Positions 47,055 through 60,476 of a stretch of DNA of 64,000 bases are shown one piece after another; the first letter of the stretch is position 1, and every line of letters begins with the position of its first letter. The position numbers and the translations under genes were made by a program. The DNA is from Mustelus asterias (Eukaryota). The stretch spans positions 32,426,001 to 32,490,000 of the forward strand of contig NC_135808.1 in the NCBI RefSeq assembly GCF_964213995.1, in the 5' to 3' direction. The notes beneath the pieces are model-generated. The model made no database searches and was not told the DNA's origin. It saw nothing but the letters and a program-made list of their open reading frames with translations.

Positions 47055-49495
47055 AAACATAGAAAATAGGTGCAGGAGTAGGCCATTCGGCCCTTCAAGC
47101 CTGCACCACCATTCAATATGATCATGGCTGATATGCACTTTCAGTATCCCACTCCCACTTTCTCTCCATAGCCTTTGATCCCTTTAGCCACAAGGGCCCC
47201 GTCCAGCTCCCTCTTGAACATATTGAACAAACTGCCCCTAACAGCTTTCTGTGGTAAAGAATTCCACAGGTTCACAACTCTGAGTGAAGAAGTTCATCCT
47301 CATCTCAGTTCTGAATGGCTTATCCCTTATTCTTCGACGATGACCACTAGTTCTGGACTTCCCCAACATTGGGAACATTCTTCCCGCATCTAGCCTGTCC
47401 AGTCCCATCAGGATTTTATATGTTTCTATGAGATCCCATTTCACTCTTCTAAATTCCAGTGAGTACAAGCCCAGCTGATCCCATCTCTCTTTATATGTCA
47501 GTCCTCCCATTCCAGGAATCAGTCTGGTGAACCTTCGCTGGACTCCCTCAATAGCAAGACTGTTCTTCCTCAGACTAGGAGACCACAGCTGCACATAATA
47601 CACAAGATGTGGTCTCACCAAGGCTCTGTATAACTGCAGCAAGACATCCCTACTCAAACCCTCTTGCTATGAAGGGCAGCATGCCATTAGCTTTCCTCAC
47701 CTCCTGCTATACCTGCATGCCAACCTTCAGCGACTGTTCCACCATGACACCCAGGCCAGGTTGCACTTCACCTTTTCCTAAACTGCCACCATTCAGATGG
47801 CAATAATCTTCCTTCCTGTTTTTGCCTCCAAAGTGGATAACCTCACATTGATCCACATTATGTTGTACTTGCCCATTCAGCCAGCCTGTCCAAGTCACCT
47901 TGCAGCCTTTTAGCATCATCCTCACAGCACACACTGCCACCCAGCTTAGTGTCGTCTGCAAATTTGGAGATTTTGCATTCAATTTCTTTGTCCAAAGCAT
48001 TAATGTACATTGTGAATAGCTGGGGTCCCAGCACTGGACCCTGCGATACCCCTGCCAATCTGAAATGGACTCGTTTATTCCCACTCTCAGCTTCCTGTCT
48101 ACTAACCAGTTCTCTATCCACATCAATATTACCCCCAATACCATGAGCTTTAATTTTCCTCACTAATCTCTTGTATGGGACCTTGTCAAAAGCTTTTTGA
48201 AAGTCCAGATACACAACATCCACTGATTCTCCCTTGTCCACTCTACTGGTCACATCCTCAATGAATTCCAGAAGATTTGTGAAGCACAATTTCCCTTTAG
48301 TGAATCCATGCTGACTTGGACCAATCCTGTCACTGCTTTCCATCTTTAATAATTGAGTCCAGCATTTTCTCCACCACCGATGTCAGGCTAATCAGTCTAT
48401 AACTCCCCGTTTTCTCTCTCCCTTTTTTAAAAAGTGGGGTTACATTAGCTGCCCTCCAGTCCCTTGGAACTCTTTAAGAGTCTATAGAATGCTGGAAAAT
48501 GATCAGCAATGCGTCCACTATTTTTGTGATCACTTCCTTAAGTACTCTGGGATCTAGAGCATCAGGCCCTGGGGACTTATCGGCTTTTGATCCCAGCAAT
48601 TTCCCCAATACAATTTCCTGCCTAATAAGGATCTCCTTCAGTTCCTCCTTCATGCGAGACCCTCTGTTCCCTAGTATTTCTGGAAGGTTACTTGTGTCCT
48701 CCTTAGTGAAGACAGATCCAAAGTATTTGGTCAGCTGGTCTGCCATCTCTTTGTTGTCCATTATGAATTCATATGATCCTAACTGTAAGGGACCTACATT
48801 TGTCTTCACCAGTCTTTTTCTCTTCACATATCTATGGAAGGTTTGCAGTCAGTTTTTATGTTTTCTGCAAGCCTACTCTGGTATTTTATTTTCCCCTTCT
48901 GAATTAAACCCTTTGTCCTCCTCTGCTGGATTTTAAATTTCTCCCAGTTCTCGGGTTTGCTGCTTTTTCTGGCCAATTTATCTGCCTTCTCTTTGGCTTT
49001 AACACTATCCCTGATTTCCCTTGTTAGCCATGGTTGAGCCACCTTCCCCATTTTACTCTTACGCTAGACGGGGATGTACAGTTGTTGAAGTTCATCCATG
49101 AGTTCTTTATATGTCTGCCATTGCCTGTCTACTGTCAACCCCTTAAGTATTCTTTGCCAGCTTATCCTAGCCAATGCACGTCTCGTACCATCAAAATGAG
49201 CTTTTCTCAAGTTCAGGACCCCAGTCTCAGAGTTAAATATGTCACTCTCCATCTTAATGAAGAATTCTACAATCTTCCTCAAAGGATCTCACACCACAAG
49301 CTAAGTAATCCTCTCTCATTACACACAATACTCAGTTTAGGATGGCCTGCCCTCTAGTTAGTCCTCGACATATTGGTCGAGAAAACCAATCCTTATACAT
49401 TCCAATAAATCCTCCTCCATTGCATGGCTTCCAGTTTGGTGAGCCCAATGAATATGCAGATTGAAGTCACCCCTAATAACTGCTGTACCTTTATT
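47055..49495 (-). mobile_element. Degraded CR1 LINE starting just after the gene C alpha1 donor
   Basis: GDFN, PWLT, KSPGPD, DFQKAFDKVP and FADD on the minus strand. Confidence 0.92.
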
Positions 49496-49679
49496 GAACG
49501 CATCCACCATGCAGAATGTTCCAGTGACTGGGTTGCAGAGAGATCTCCAGTCACAGTTATCCTGCACACAGTGATGCTGCAGCAGGGAATATCTCGTGTG
49601 GGGAATCATGAATAAGAACCAGATAGAGAACTGCTTTGATCGAGGATGGACAGAGTGGACTTATACCTGTGGAGACGGC

Positions 49680-50745
49680 ACACTCAGTCCACTCTAGCAC
49701 TGAACCCTGGGATACTGAACACAGTCCATCCCAGCACTGAACCCAGGGATCTGGACTCAGTTCCCCAACACAGATCCCTGGGACACTGAACTCCATCCCC
49801 CAGCACTGACCCCCTGGGACACTGAACTCCATCCCCCAGCACTGACCCCTGGTACACTGAACTCCATCCCCCAGCACTGACCCCCTGGGACACTGAACTC
49901 AGTCCCCCAGCACTGACCCCTGGGACACTGAACTCAGTCCCCCAGCACAGACCCCTGGGACACTGAACTCCATCCCCCAGCACTGACCCCCTGGGACACT
50001 GAACTCAGTCCCCCAGCACTGACCCCTGGGACACTGAACTCAGTCCCCCAGCACAGACCCCTGGGACACTGAACTCCATCCCCCAGCACTGCCCCCTGGG
50101 ACACTGAACTCAGACCATCTCCCAGCACTGACCCCCTGGGAAACTGAACTCAGTCCCCCAGCACTGACCCCTGGGACACTGAACTCAGTCCCCCAGCACT
50201 GACCCCTGGGACACTGAACTCAGTCCATCTCCCAGCACTGACCCCCTGGGAAACTGAACTCAGTCCCCCAGCACTGACCCCTGGGACACTGAACTCAGTC
50301 CCCCAGCACTGACCCCTGGGACACTGAACTCAGACCCCCATCACTGACCCCCTGGGACACTGAACTCCATCCCCCAGCACTGCCCCCTGGGACACTGAAC
50401 TCAGTCCCCCAGCACTGACCCCTGGGACACTGAACTCCATCCCCCAGCACTGACCCCTGGGACACTGAACTCAGTCCCCCAGCACTGACCCCTGGGACAC
50501 TGAACTCCATCCCCCAGCACTGACCCCTGGTACACTGAACTCAGTCCCCCAGCACTGACCCCTGGGACACTGAACTCAGACCCCCAGCACTGACCCCTGG
50601 GACACTGAACTCAGTCCCCCAGCACTGACCCCCTGGGACACTGAACTCCATCCCCCAGCTCTGACCCCTGGGACACTGAACTCCGTCACCCAGCACTGAC
50701 CCCTGGGACACTGAACTCAGACCCCCAGCACTGACACCTGGGACA
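49680..50745. repeat. Minisatellite, 31-36 bp unit (CTGGGACACTGAACTCAGTCCCCCAGCACTGACCC), ~30 copies, gene C intron 2
   Basis: Reverse complement of the 61-817 array. Confidence 0.95.
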
Positions 50746-51114
50746 CATAATCACTCATTTCTATCTGATACTAGATCCCTTTCCCTCTGGTAACATTGTG
50801 ACACTAATCCCCATTTCTGATACTAGATCCCCGATCCCCTCTGATCACACTGGGACTCTAATCCCCATTTCTATCTGATGGTAGATCACTGATCCCCTCT
50901 GATCACACTGCGACTCTAATCCCCATTTCTATCTGATACTAGATCACTGATCCCCTCTGATCACACTGCGACTCTAATCCCCATTTCTATCTGATACTAG
51001 ATCACTGATCCCCGCTGATCACACTGCGACTCTAATCCCCATTTCTATCTGATACTAGATCACTGATCCCCGCTGATCACACTGCGACTCTAATCCCCAT
51101 TTCAAAGAGCTTCG

Positions 51115-54100
51115 AGCAAAGAACAAAGAAAATTACAGCACAGGAACAGGCCCTTCGGCCCTCCAAGCCTGCACCGACCATGCTGCCTGACTTAACTAAA
51201 ACCTCTTACTCTTCCGGGGACCATTCCCATCTATTCATGTATTTGTCAAGACGCCCCTTAAAAGTCACTACCGTATCCGCTTCCACTACCTCCCCCAGCA
51301 ACGGGTTCCAGGCACCCACCCCCCTCTGTGTAAAAAATGTGCCTCGTACATCTCCTTCACACCTTGCCGCTCACACCTTAAATCTATGCCCCCGAGTAAT
51401 TGACCCTTCCACCCTGGGAAAAAGCTTCTGACTATCCACTCTGTCCATGCCTCTCATAATCTTGTAGACTTCTATCAGGTCGCCCCTCAATCTCCGTCGT
51501 TCCAGTGAGAACAAACCAAGTTTCTACAACGTCTCTTCATAGCTAATGCCCTCCATACCAGGCAACGTCCTGGTAAATCTTTTCTGTATCCTCTCCAAAG
51601 CCTCTACATCCTTCTGGTAGTGTGGCGACCAGAATTGAACACTATATTCCAACTGCGGCCTAACTAAGGTTCTATAAAGCTGCAACATATCTTGCCGATT
51701 TTTAAACTCAATACCCCGGCCGATGAAGGCAAGCATGCTGTATACCTTCTTGACTACCTTCTCCAACTGCATTGCCACTTTCGGTGACCTGTGTACCTGT
51801 ACACCCAGATCCCTTTGCCTATCAATACTCTTGAGGGTTCTGCCATTTACTGTATATTTCCTATCTGTATTAGACCTTCCAAAATGTATTACCTCACATT
51901 TGTCCGGATTAAACTCCACCTGCCTTCTCTCCGCCCAAGTCTCCAACTGATCTATATCCTGCTGTATCCTCTGATGGTCCTCATCGCTATCTGCAAATCC
52001 ACCAACCTTTGTGTCGTCCGCAAACTTACTAATCAAACCAGTTACATTTTCCTCCAAATCATTTATATACATTACAAACAGCAAAGGTCCCAGCACTGAT
52101 CCCTGAGGAACGCCACTTGTCACATTCCTCCATTCAGAAATGCACCCTTTCACTGCTACCCTCTGTCTTCTTTGACCGAGCCAATTTTGTATCCACCTTG
52201 CCAGCTCACCTCTGATCCCATGCGACTTCACCTTCTGCACCAGTCTGTCATGAGGGACCTTGTCAAAGGCCTTACTGAAGTCCATGTAGACAACATCCAC
52301 TGTCCTACCCTCATCAATCATCTTCATCACTTCCTCGAAAAACTCGATCAAGTTCGTGAGACACGACCTCCCCTTCACAAAACCATGTTGCCTCTCACTA
52401 ATACGTCCAGTTATTTCTAAGTGGGAATAAATCCTCTCCAATAATCTCCCTACCACTGATGTAAGACTCACCAGCCTGTACTTACCTGGATTATTCTTGC
52501 CACCCTTCTTAAACAAAGGAACAACATTGGCTATTCTCCAATCCTCTGGGACCTCCCCTGTAGCCAGTGAAGATACAAAGATTTCTCTCAAGGCCCCAGC
52601 AATTTCCTCCTTTGCTTCCCTCAGTATTCTGGGGTATATCCCATCAGGCCCTGGAGACTTGTCTACCTTAATATTTCTCAAGAACCCCAATGCCTCCTCC
52701 TTTTTGATCTCAACATGACTCAAACTATCCACACACCCTTTCCCAGACTCATCATCCACCAAGTCCTTCTCTTTGGTGAATACTGACGCAAAGTACTCAT
52801 TTAATACCTCGCCCATTTCCTCTGGCTCCACGCATAGATTCCCTCCCCTGTCCTTGAGTGGGCCAACCTTCTCCCTGGCTACCCTCTTGCTCTTTATATA
52901 TGTATGAAAAGCCTTGGGATTTTCCTTAATCCTGCTGGCAAATGCTTTTCCGTGACCCCTTTTAGCCCTCCTTACTCCTTGCTAAAGTTTCTTTCTACTT
53001 TCCTTGTCTTCCACACTTGCTTCGTGTGTTCCCAGCCTCCTTGCTTTGACAAATGCTTCCTTTTTCTCTGTGACTCGGCTCACAATATTTCTCATTATCC
53101 AAGATTCCCAAAACTTGCCAGACCTATCCTTCGTCCTTTCAGGAATGTGCCGGTCCTGAATCCCTATCTACGTACACTTGAAAGCCTCCCACATGCCAGA
53201 TGTTGATTTGCCCTCAAACATCTGCCCCCAATCTACATTCTTCAGTTCCTGCCTAATATTGTTGCAATTAGCCTTCCCCCAATTTAGCACCTTCACTTGA
53301 GGACTACACTTATCTTTATCCATCAGTACCTTAAAGCTTACTGAATTGTGGTCACTGCTCCCGAACTGCTCCCCGACTGAAACATCAACCACCTGACCGG
53401 GCTCATTCCCCAATACCAGGTCCAGTATGGCCCCTTCCCTAGTTGGACTATCTACATACTGTTTCAAGAAGCCCTCCTGGATGCTCCTTACAAACTCTGC
53501 CCCATCCACGCACTGAGCACCAAGTGAGTCCCAGTCAATATAGGGGAAGTTAAAATCTCCCATCACAACAACCCTGTTACTTTTACACCTTGCCAAAATC
53601 TGCCTACATATCTGTTCCTCTATCTCCCGCTGGGCAGCCTATAGTAAACCCCCAACATTGTGACTACACCCTTCCTATTCCTGAGCTCTACCCATATTGC
53701 CTCACTGTATGAGCCCTCTGAGTGTCCTCCCGCAATACAGCTGTGATATTCTCCTTAACCAGTAGTGCAACTCCCCCACCCCTTTTACCTCCCCCTCTAT
53801 CCCGCCTGAAATATCTATATCCTGGAATGTTAAGCTGCCAATCCTGTCCTTCCCTTAACCAAGTCTCTGTAATGGCAACAACATCATAGTTCCTCGTACT
53901 AATCCAAGCTCTAAGTTCATCTGCCTTACCTGTTACACTTCACGCATTGAAACAAATGCACTTCAGTCCACCAGACCCTCTTTGATTAGCAACTCCATCG
54001 TGCCTGCTGCTTCTCTGAGTCTTACTGGCCCTACTCTCTGGTTCCCCTTCAGTTAATTCACCTTTGCTTTGGTTCCCACCCCCCCTGCCAAACTAGTTTA

Positions 54101-54470
54101 AATCCTCCCGTGTGACACCAGCAAACCTTCCAGCTAGAATATTTATGCCCTTCCAGTTTAGATGCAACCTGTCCTTCTTGTACAGGTCCCACCTGCCCTG
54201 GAAGAGACCCCAATGGTCCAGATATCTGAAACCCTCCCTCCTACACCAGCTGTTTAGCCACGTGTTAAGCTGCACTATCTTCCTATTCCTCGCCTCACTA
54301 GCACGTGGCACTGGGAGTAATCCTGAGATTACAATCCTAGAGGTCCTGCTTTTTAACTTTCTACCTAACTCCCAAAACTGCTGCTGCAGGACCTCCTCAC
54401 TCTTCCTGCCTATATCATTAGTACCAATATGTACCACAACCTCTGGCTGTTCACCCTCTCCTTTCAGAAT
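51115..54470 (-). mobile_element. CR1 LINE with partial ORF1 and disrupted ORF2
   Basis: HIGTNDIG, GDFN, SDH, FADD; same subfamily as 2817-4765. Confidence 0.95.
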
Positions 54471-54747
54471 GCTTTCTGATACTAGATCCCCAATCCTCTC
54501 TAATCACACTGCGACTCAAATCCCCATCTCAATCTGATACTGGATCCCTGATCCCCTCTGATCACACTGTGACTCAGATCCCCATTTCTACCTGATACTA
54601 GATATCCGATCCCCTCTGATCACACTGTGACTCTAATCCCCATTTCAATCTGATACTAGATCTCCGATCCTCTCTGATCACACTGACTCTAATCCCCATT
54701 TCTATCTGATACCAGATCCCTGATCCCCTCTGATCACACTGTGACTG

Positions 54748-56569
54748 AGGCAAAGGAAAATCCAAAGTGCTCCTGCAAATACATAAAGGGCAAAAGGGTA
54801 ACAAGTAGGGCCTCTTAAGGGTCAACAAGGTCATCTATGTGCGTATCCACAAGAGATGGATTATTGAGATCCTAAATGAATATTTCTCATCAGTATTTAC
54901 TGTTGAGAAAAGCATGGATGTTATGGAACTTGGGGAAATAAATAGTGATGTCTTGAGGAGTGTACATATTACACAGAAGGAGGTGTTGGAAGTCTTAAAG
55001 CGCATCAAGGTAGATAAATCCCCGGGACTTGATGAAGTGTATCCCAGGACATTGTGGGAGGCTAGGGAGGAAATTGTGGGTCCCCTAGCAGAGATTTTTG
55101 AATTATCGATAGCCACAGGTGAGGTGCCTGAAGATTGGAGGGTGGCAAATGTTGTGCCTTTGTTTAAAAAGGGCTGCAGGGAAAAGCCTGGGAATTACAG
55201 GCTAGTGAACCTCACATTTATGGTGGGGAGGTTGCTGGAAGGTATTTTGAGAGACAGGATTTACAGACATTTAGAGACGCAAGGACTGATTAGAGACAGT
55301 CAGCATGGCTTTGTGAGTGGAAAATCATGTCTCACAAATTTGATTGAGTTTTTTGAAGGGGTAACCAAGAAGGTAGATGAGGGCAGGGCAGTTGATGTTG
55401 TCTACATGGACTTTAGAAAGGCCTTTGACAAGGTACCGCATGGTAAGGTTAAATCTCACAGGACCCAGGTGAGGTAGCTAAATGGATCCAAAATTGGCTT
55501 GACGACAGCAGCCAGAGGGTAGTTGTAGAGGATTGTTTTTCAAACTGGAGGCCTGTGACCAGCGGTGTGCCTCAGGGATCAGTGCTGGGTCCACTGTTAT
55601 TTGTCATTTATATTAATGATTTGGATGAGAATATAGGAGGCATGGTTAGTAAGTTTGCAGATGACACCAAGATTGGTGGCATAGTGGACAGCGAAGAAGG
55701 TCATCTCAGATTGCAACGGGATCTTGATCAATTGGACCAGTGGGCTGACAAATGGCAGATGGAGTTTAATTTAGACAAATGCGAGGTGATGCATTTTGGG
55801 AGATTGAACCAGGGCAGGACTTACTCAATTAATTGTAGGGCGTTGGGGGAGAGTTACAGAGCAAAGAGATCTAGGGGTACAGGTTCATAGCTCCTTGAAA
55901 GTGAAGTCACAAGTGGACAGAGTGGTGAAGGCGGCATTCGGCACGCTTGGTTTTATTGGTCAGAACATTGAATACAGGAGTTGGGACATCTTGTTGAAGT
56001 TGTACAAGATATTGGTAAGGCCGCACTTGGAACACTGTGTACAGTTCTGGTCACCCGATTATAGAAAATATATTATTAAACTAGAAAGAGTGCAGAAAAG
56101 ATTTACTAGGATGCTACCGGGACTTGATGGTTTGAGTTATAAGGAGAAGCTTGACAGACTGGGACTTTTTTCTCTGGAGCGTAGAAGGCTGAGGGGTGAA
56201 CTTATAGATGTCTATAAAATAATGAGGGGCATAGACAAGGTGATAGTCAATATCATTTCCCAGAGGTAGGGGAGTCTAAAACTAGAGGGCATAGGTTTAA
56301 GGTGAGAGGGGAGAGATACAAAAGGGTTCAGAGGGGCAATTGTTTCACACCGAGGGTGATGAGTGGCTGGAACCAGCTGCCAGAGGTAGTAGTGGAGGTG
56401 GGTACATTTTTCTAACCTTTTAAAAAGCATTTAGACAGTTACATGGGTAAGATGGGTATAGAGGGATATGGGCCAAATGCGGGCAATTGGGACTAGTTTA
56501 CGGCTTTAAAAAAAGGGCGGCAGGGACAAGTTGGGCCGAAGGGTCTGTTTCCATGCTGGAAACCTCTAC
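54748..56569 (+). mobile_element. CR1 LINE ORF2, 5'-truncated
   Basis: RT motifs with frameshifts. Confidence 0.93.
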
Positions 56570-57687
56570 GACTCTAATCTCCATTTCAATCTGATACTAG
56601 ATCCCCGATCCCCTCTGATGACACCATGACTCTAATCCCCATATCTATCTGAGACCAGATCCCTTTATCCTCTGATCATACTGTGACTCTAACCCCCATT
56701 TCTATCTGATACTAGATCCCTGATCCCCTCTGATCACACAGTGACTATAATCCCATTTATATCTGATACTAGATCCCTGATCTGCTCTGATCACACTGCG
56801 ACTCTAATCCCCATTTCTATCTGATACGAGATCCCTTTCCCCTCGAATCACACTGTGACTTGAATCCCCATTTCTATTTTACACCAGATGCCCCATGAAC
56901 ACACTGTGACTCTAATCCCCATTTATATCTAATACCAGATCCCTGTTCCCCTCTGATCACACTGTGACTCTATTCCCCATCTCAATCTGATACTAGATCC
57001 CTGATCCCCTCTGATCACACTGCGACTCAAATCCCCATTTCTATCTGATACTATATCTCTGATGCCCTCTGATCACACTGTGACTCTAATCCCCATTTCA
57101 ACCTGATACTAGATCCCTGATCCCCTCTGATTACACTGCGACTCAAATGTCCATTTCTGATACTAGATCTCCAAATTACTCTGATCACAGTGACTCTAAT
57201 CCCCATTTCTATACTAAATCACTGATCCCCTCTAATTACATTGCGACTCTAATCCCCATTTATATCTGATACTAGATCCCTGATCCCCTCTGATCACACT
57301 GTGACTCTCACCCCCATTTCTGTCTGATACTAGATCTCTGATCCCCTCTGATCATACTGTGACTTAAATCCCCATTCTATTTGATACCAGATCCCTGATC
57401 CCCTCTGATCACACTGTGACTCTAATCCCCATTTCTACCTGATTCTAGATCCCCATCCCCTCAGATCATATTGCGACTCAAATCCCCATTTCTGATACAA
57501 GATCCCTGATCCCCCCTGATCACACTGTGACTCTAATCCCCATTTCTGATACTAGATCCCTGATCCCCTCTGATCACACTGTGACTCTAATCCCCATTTC
57601 TATCTGATACTAGATCCCTTTTCGCTCTGATCTGATTGTTAGTGATTTTCCATTAATGATAGATCATTAATTATCAATCTCTGACAG

Positions 57688-57963
57688 GAATTCACACTTT
57701 CCAGTTGATTATGATTGTTGAGGTCACTGAAGACGGCTCCATTAAGAGATCGATGCGGTTTGGATTTGATGGAAAGGACTATATTAGTTTAGAGCCAGAC
57801 AGAATGAGATGGGTCGCAACCAATCACTTCGCAGTGAAGACTAAAGAGAAATGGGATCTGAATGAATCCTGGAACAAGCACTGGAAAAGGACTTTGGAAG
57901 TACATTGTGTGCAGTATTTGAAAAGATATTTACAAGCTGGAAAGGAACATTTTGAACGGAAAG
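57688..57963 (+). CDS. Gene C alpha2 exon (92 codons)
   Basis: CTCTGACAG acceptor, GTATCT donor; GIHTFQLIMIVE...FGFDGKDYISL...TKEKW...LEVHCVQYLKRYLQAGKE. Confidence 0.94.
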
Positions 57964-58329
57964 GTATCTCATTGAGTCTCATTTTTGATCTGACTTTAGT
58001 GATGTATGTCTGAATTACTGAGACATCCCCAGCCTGAGCCCAGTCCCAAATGTACCTAAATGTAGTGTGATCACAGAGGTTGGGGAATCTGGGGTTGTCA
58101 CACCATGAGTGAGATATCACTGCACATGGAAATGGCTGCTTGTGACAGAGGAAATTGTATGTATCTGTTTGTTGCCCACAGCAATGTTCAGACATTGGGG
58201 AGAGGGACCTTTGGGACTGAGCTGGGTCTGTGCTCAGTGAATACTCTCATCATTCTTCACAATGGGAAAGGACAATGTGAGCGTAGATATCAGGACAGAG
58301 CACTGTGGAATATTAGAGAGAGGACGTCT

Positions 58330-59860
58330 TGGTACGTTTAGCAGCCTTTAAAGTGGATAAACCCGCAGACCCAGCTGAGATTTGTCGCAGGCTGTTGAAG
58401 GGGGAATGGTGCAGATATCAGGGGCACTGCCACTAATTTTCAAATCCTCTCTGGACAGAGGTGAGGTGCCAGAGGACTGGAGGAAAACTAACATTGTCCC
58501 ATTATCAAAAAAAAAGGGAGATAGGGATAGACCAGGAAATTTCAGTCAGCCTAACCTCGGTGGTGGAGAAGTTACTGGAAAGAATTGTGGGGGATAGAAT
58601 ATATCTGCACTTGAATAGACACAGAATGATCAGCGAGAGTCAGCATGGACTTGTTAAGGGAAGGTTGTGTTTGACAAATTTAATCAGCTTTTCTGAGGAG
58701 GTAACCAGGAGTCTTGATGAGGGCAATACGTTTGTTGTGGTCTATATGGTCTTTATCGAGGCTTTTGATAAGATCCCTCATGACAGATAGATCAAGAAAG
58801 TAAGGGCCCATGGATTCCAACGCAGAGTGGCGCATTGGATCCAAACATTGGATCCAACATTGACTGAGATGCAGGAAGCAGAAGGTGAGGGATGTTTCTG
58901 TGACTGGAAGTCCGTTTCCAGTGGAGTCCCACAGGGCTGCGGGTGGGGCACTTGCTATTTCTGGCATACATGAATGACTTGGTCTTAAATATAGTGGGTT
59001 TGAACAAGAAGTTTGTGAATGACAGGAAAATCGTTAGGATGGTAAATAGCAAATAGGAGGATAGATGTAGACTGCAGGAGGGTAGCAATAGACTGGTCAG
59101 GTGGACAGAACAGCGGCAAATGGAATTCAACCTGGGAAAGTGTGAGATGGGGAGGGTTAACAAGGAAAAGGCATACCATGAATGGTAAGGTCCTGGAAAG
59201 TACTGAGGATCAGAGAGACCTTGGAATGCAGATCCACAAATCCCCGAAGGTAGCAGGACAGATAGATCTGGTGGTTAAGAAGGCAAATGGGATACTTGCC
59301 TTTATTGGCTGAGACACAGAATACAAGAGTAGAGAGGTCATGCTGGACCTTTAGAAAACACTGTTAGGCCACAACCAGAAAAGTGTGTGTAGCTCTGGCC
59401 ACCATATTATAGGAAGGGTTTGATTACACTGGGGAGGGTGCAGAGATGCTGCCTGGGCTGGAGGGTCTCCGCTATGAGGAAAGATTGGATAGGCTGGGAC
59501 TGTTTTCCTTGGAGCAGTGAAGAGGGGACCTGATAGAAGTGTTTAGGATGATGAGGGACATAGGGTGGAAAGGGATGACTTTTTCCATCAGTGGAGGGGT
59601 CAATAACCAGGGACATAGAAGTAGAAGTCTAAGAGGGGAGTTGAGGAGAAACCTTTTCACTCAGAGGTTGTGGGAGTGTGGAACTCACTGCCTACAGTCA
59701 GATATTCACCAAACATTTCAGAAGTATTTAGATATTCACTTGCTCTGCCGTAACCTCCAGGGCTATTGGACAAGTGCTGGAAAATGGAATTAGTGCAGTC
59801 AGATCTTTGTGGACCCACATGAACATGATGGGCTGAATGGCCCCTCTGTGCTGTAAAAGT
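58330..59860 (+). mobile_element. Old degraded CR1 ORF2
   Basis: VPEDWR, SQHG, AFDKIPH remnants. Confidence 0.8.
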
Positions 59861-59873
59861 CTATGGATCTAAT

Positions 59874-60225
59874 GGGCGGCACGGTAGCACAGTGGTTAGC
59901 ACTGCTGCTTCACAGCTCCAGGGTCCCGGGTTCGATTCCCGGCTCGGGTCACTGTCTGTGTGGAGTTTGCACATTCTCCTTGTGTCTGTGTGGGTTTCCT
60001 CCGGGTGCTCCGGTTTCCTCCCACAGTCCAAAGATGTGCGGGTTAGGTTGATTGGCCAGGTTAAAAAATTGCCCCTTAGAGTCAAGGGATGTGTAGGTTA
60101 GAGGGATTAGTGGGTAAAATATGTGGGGGTAGGGCCAGGGTGGGATTGTGGTCGGTGCAGACTCGATGGGCCGAATGGCCTCCTTCTGCACTGTAGGGTT
60201 TCTATGATTCTATTTCTATGATTCT
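59874..60225 (+). mobile_element. tRNA-derived SINE
   Basis: Nearly identical to the SINE in gene B alpha3. Confidence 0.93.
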
Positions 60226-60476
60226 ATAACTGCTTTAGGGCAGGTTTAAAGAGGCAGCACAAGGTTTAGAGAAAGTCCCTGCCCCCAGCAGTGTAGTTGA
60301 ATGTAACAGCAGATTCTGGTGGTGAAGGGACTGTGTCTCTGAGCTTTTTAGATAATTTATTGACTTTCTTGAGCTGTTTCTAAAACTAATTCAGAGAGCA
60401 GGGGGATCTTCAATTTGTAGTCATGACCATCTCCCTGTTAGCTCCACGAGATCCCTGTCTAGATTCCCAATTGGGT

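Larger units (their letters stand above)
50755..57630. repeat. 58-bp minisatellite split into three blocks (50755-51103, 54474-54747, 56570-57630) by two CR1 insertions
   Basis: Unit TCTATCTGATACTAGATCCCTGATCCCCTCTGATCACACTGTGACTCTAATCCCCATT. Confidence 0.92.

Noticed and set aside
56570-57630. CACTGTG heptamers resembling V(D)J recombination signals
   Set aside because: No nonamer at 12 or 23 bp spacing and no V, D or J segments
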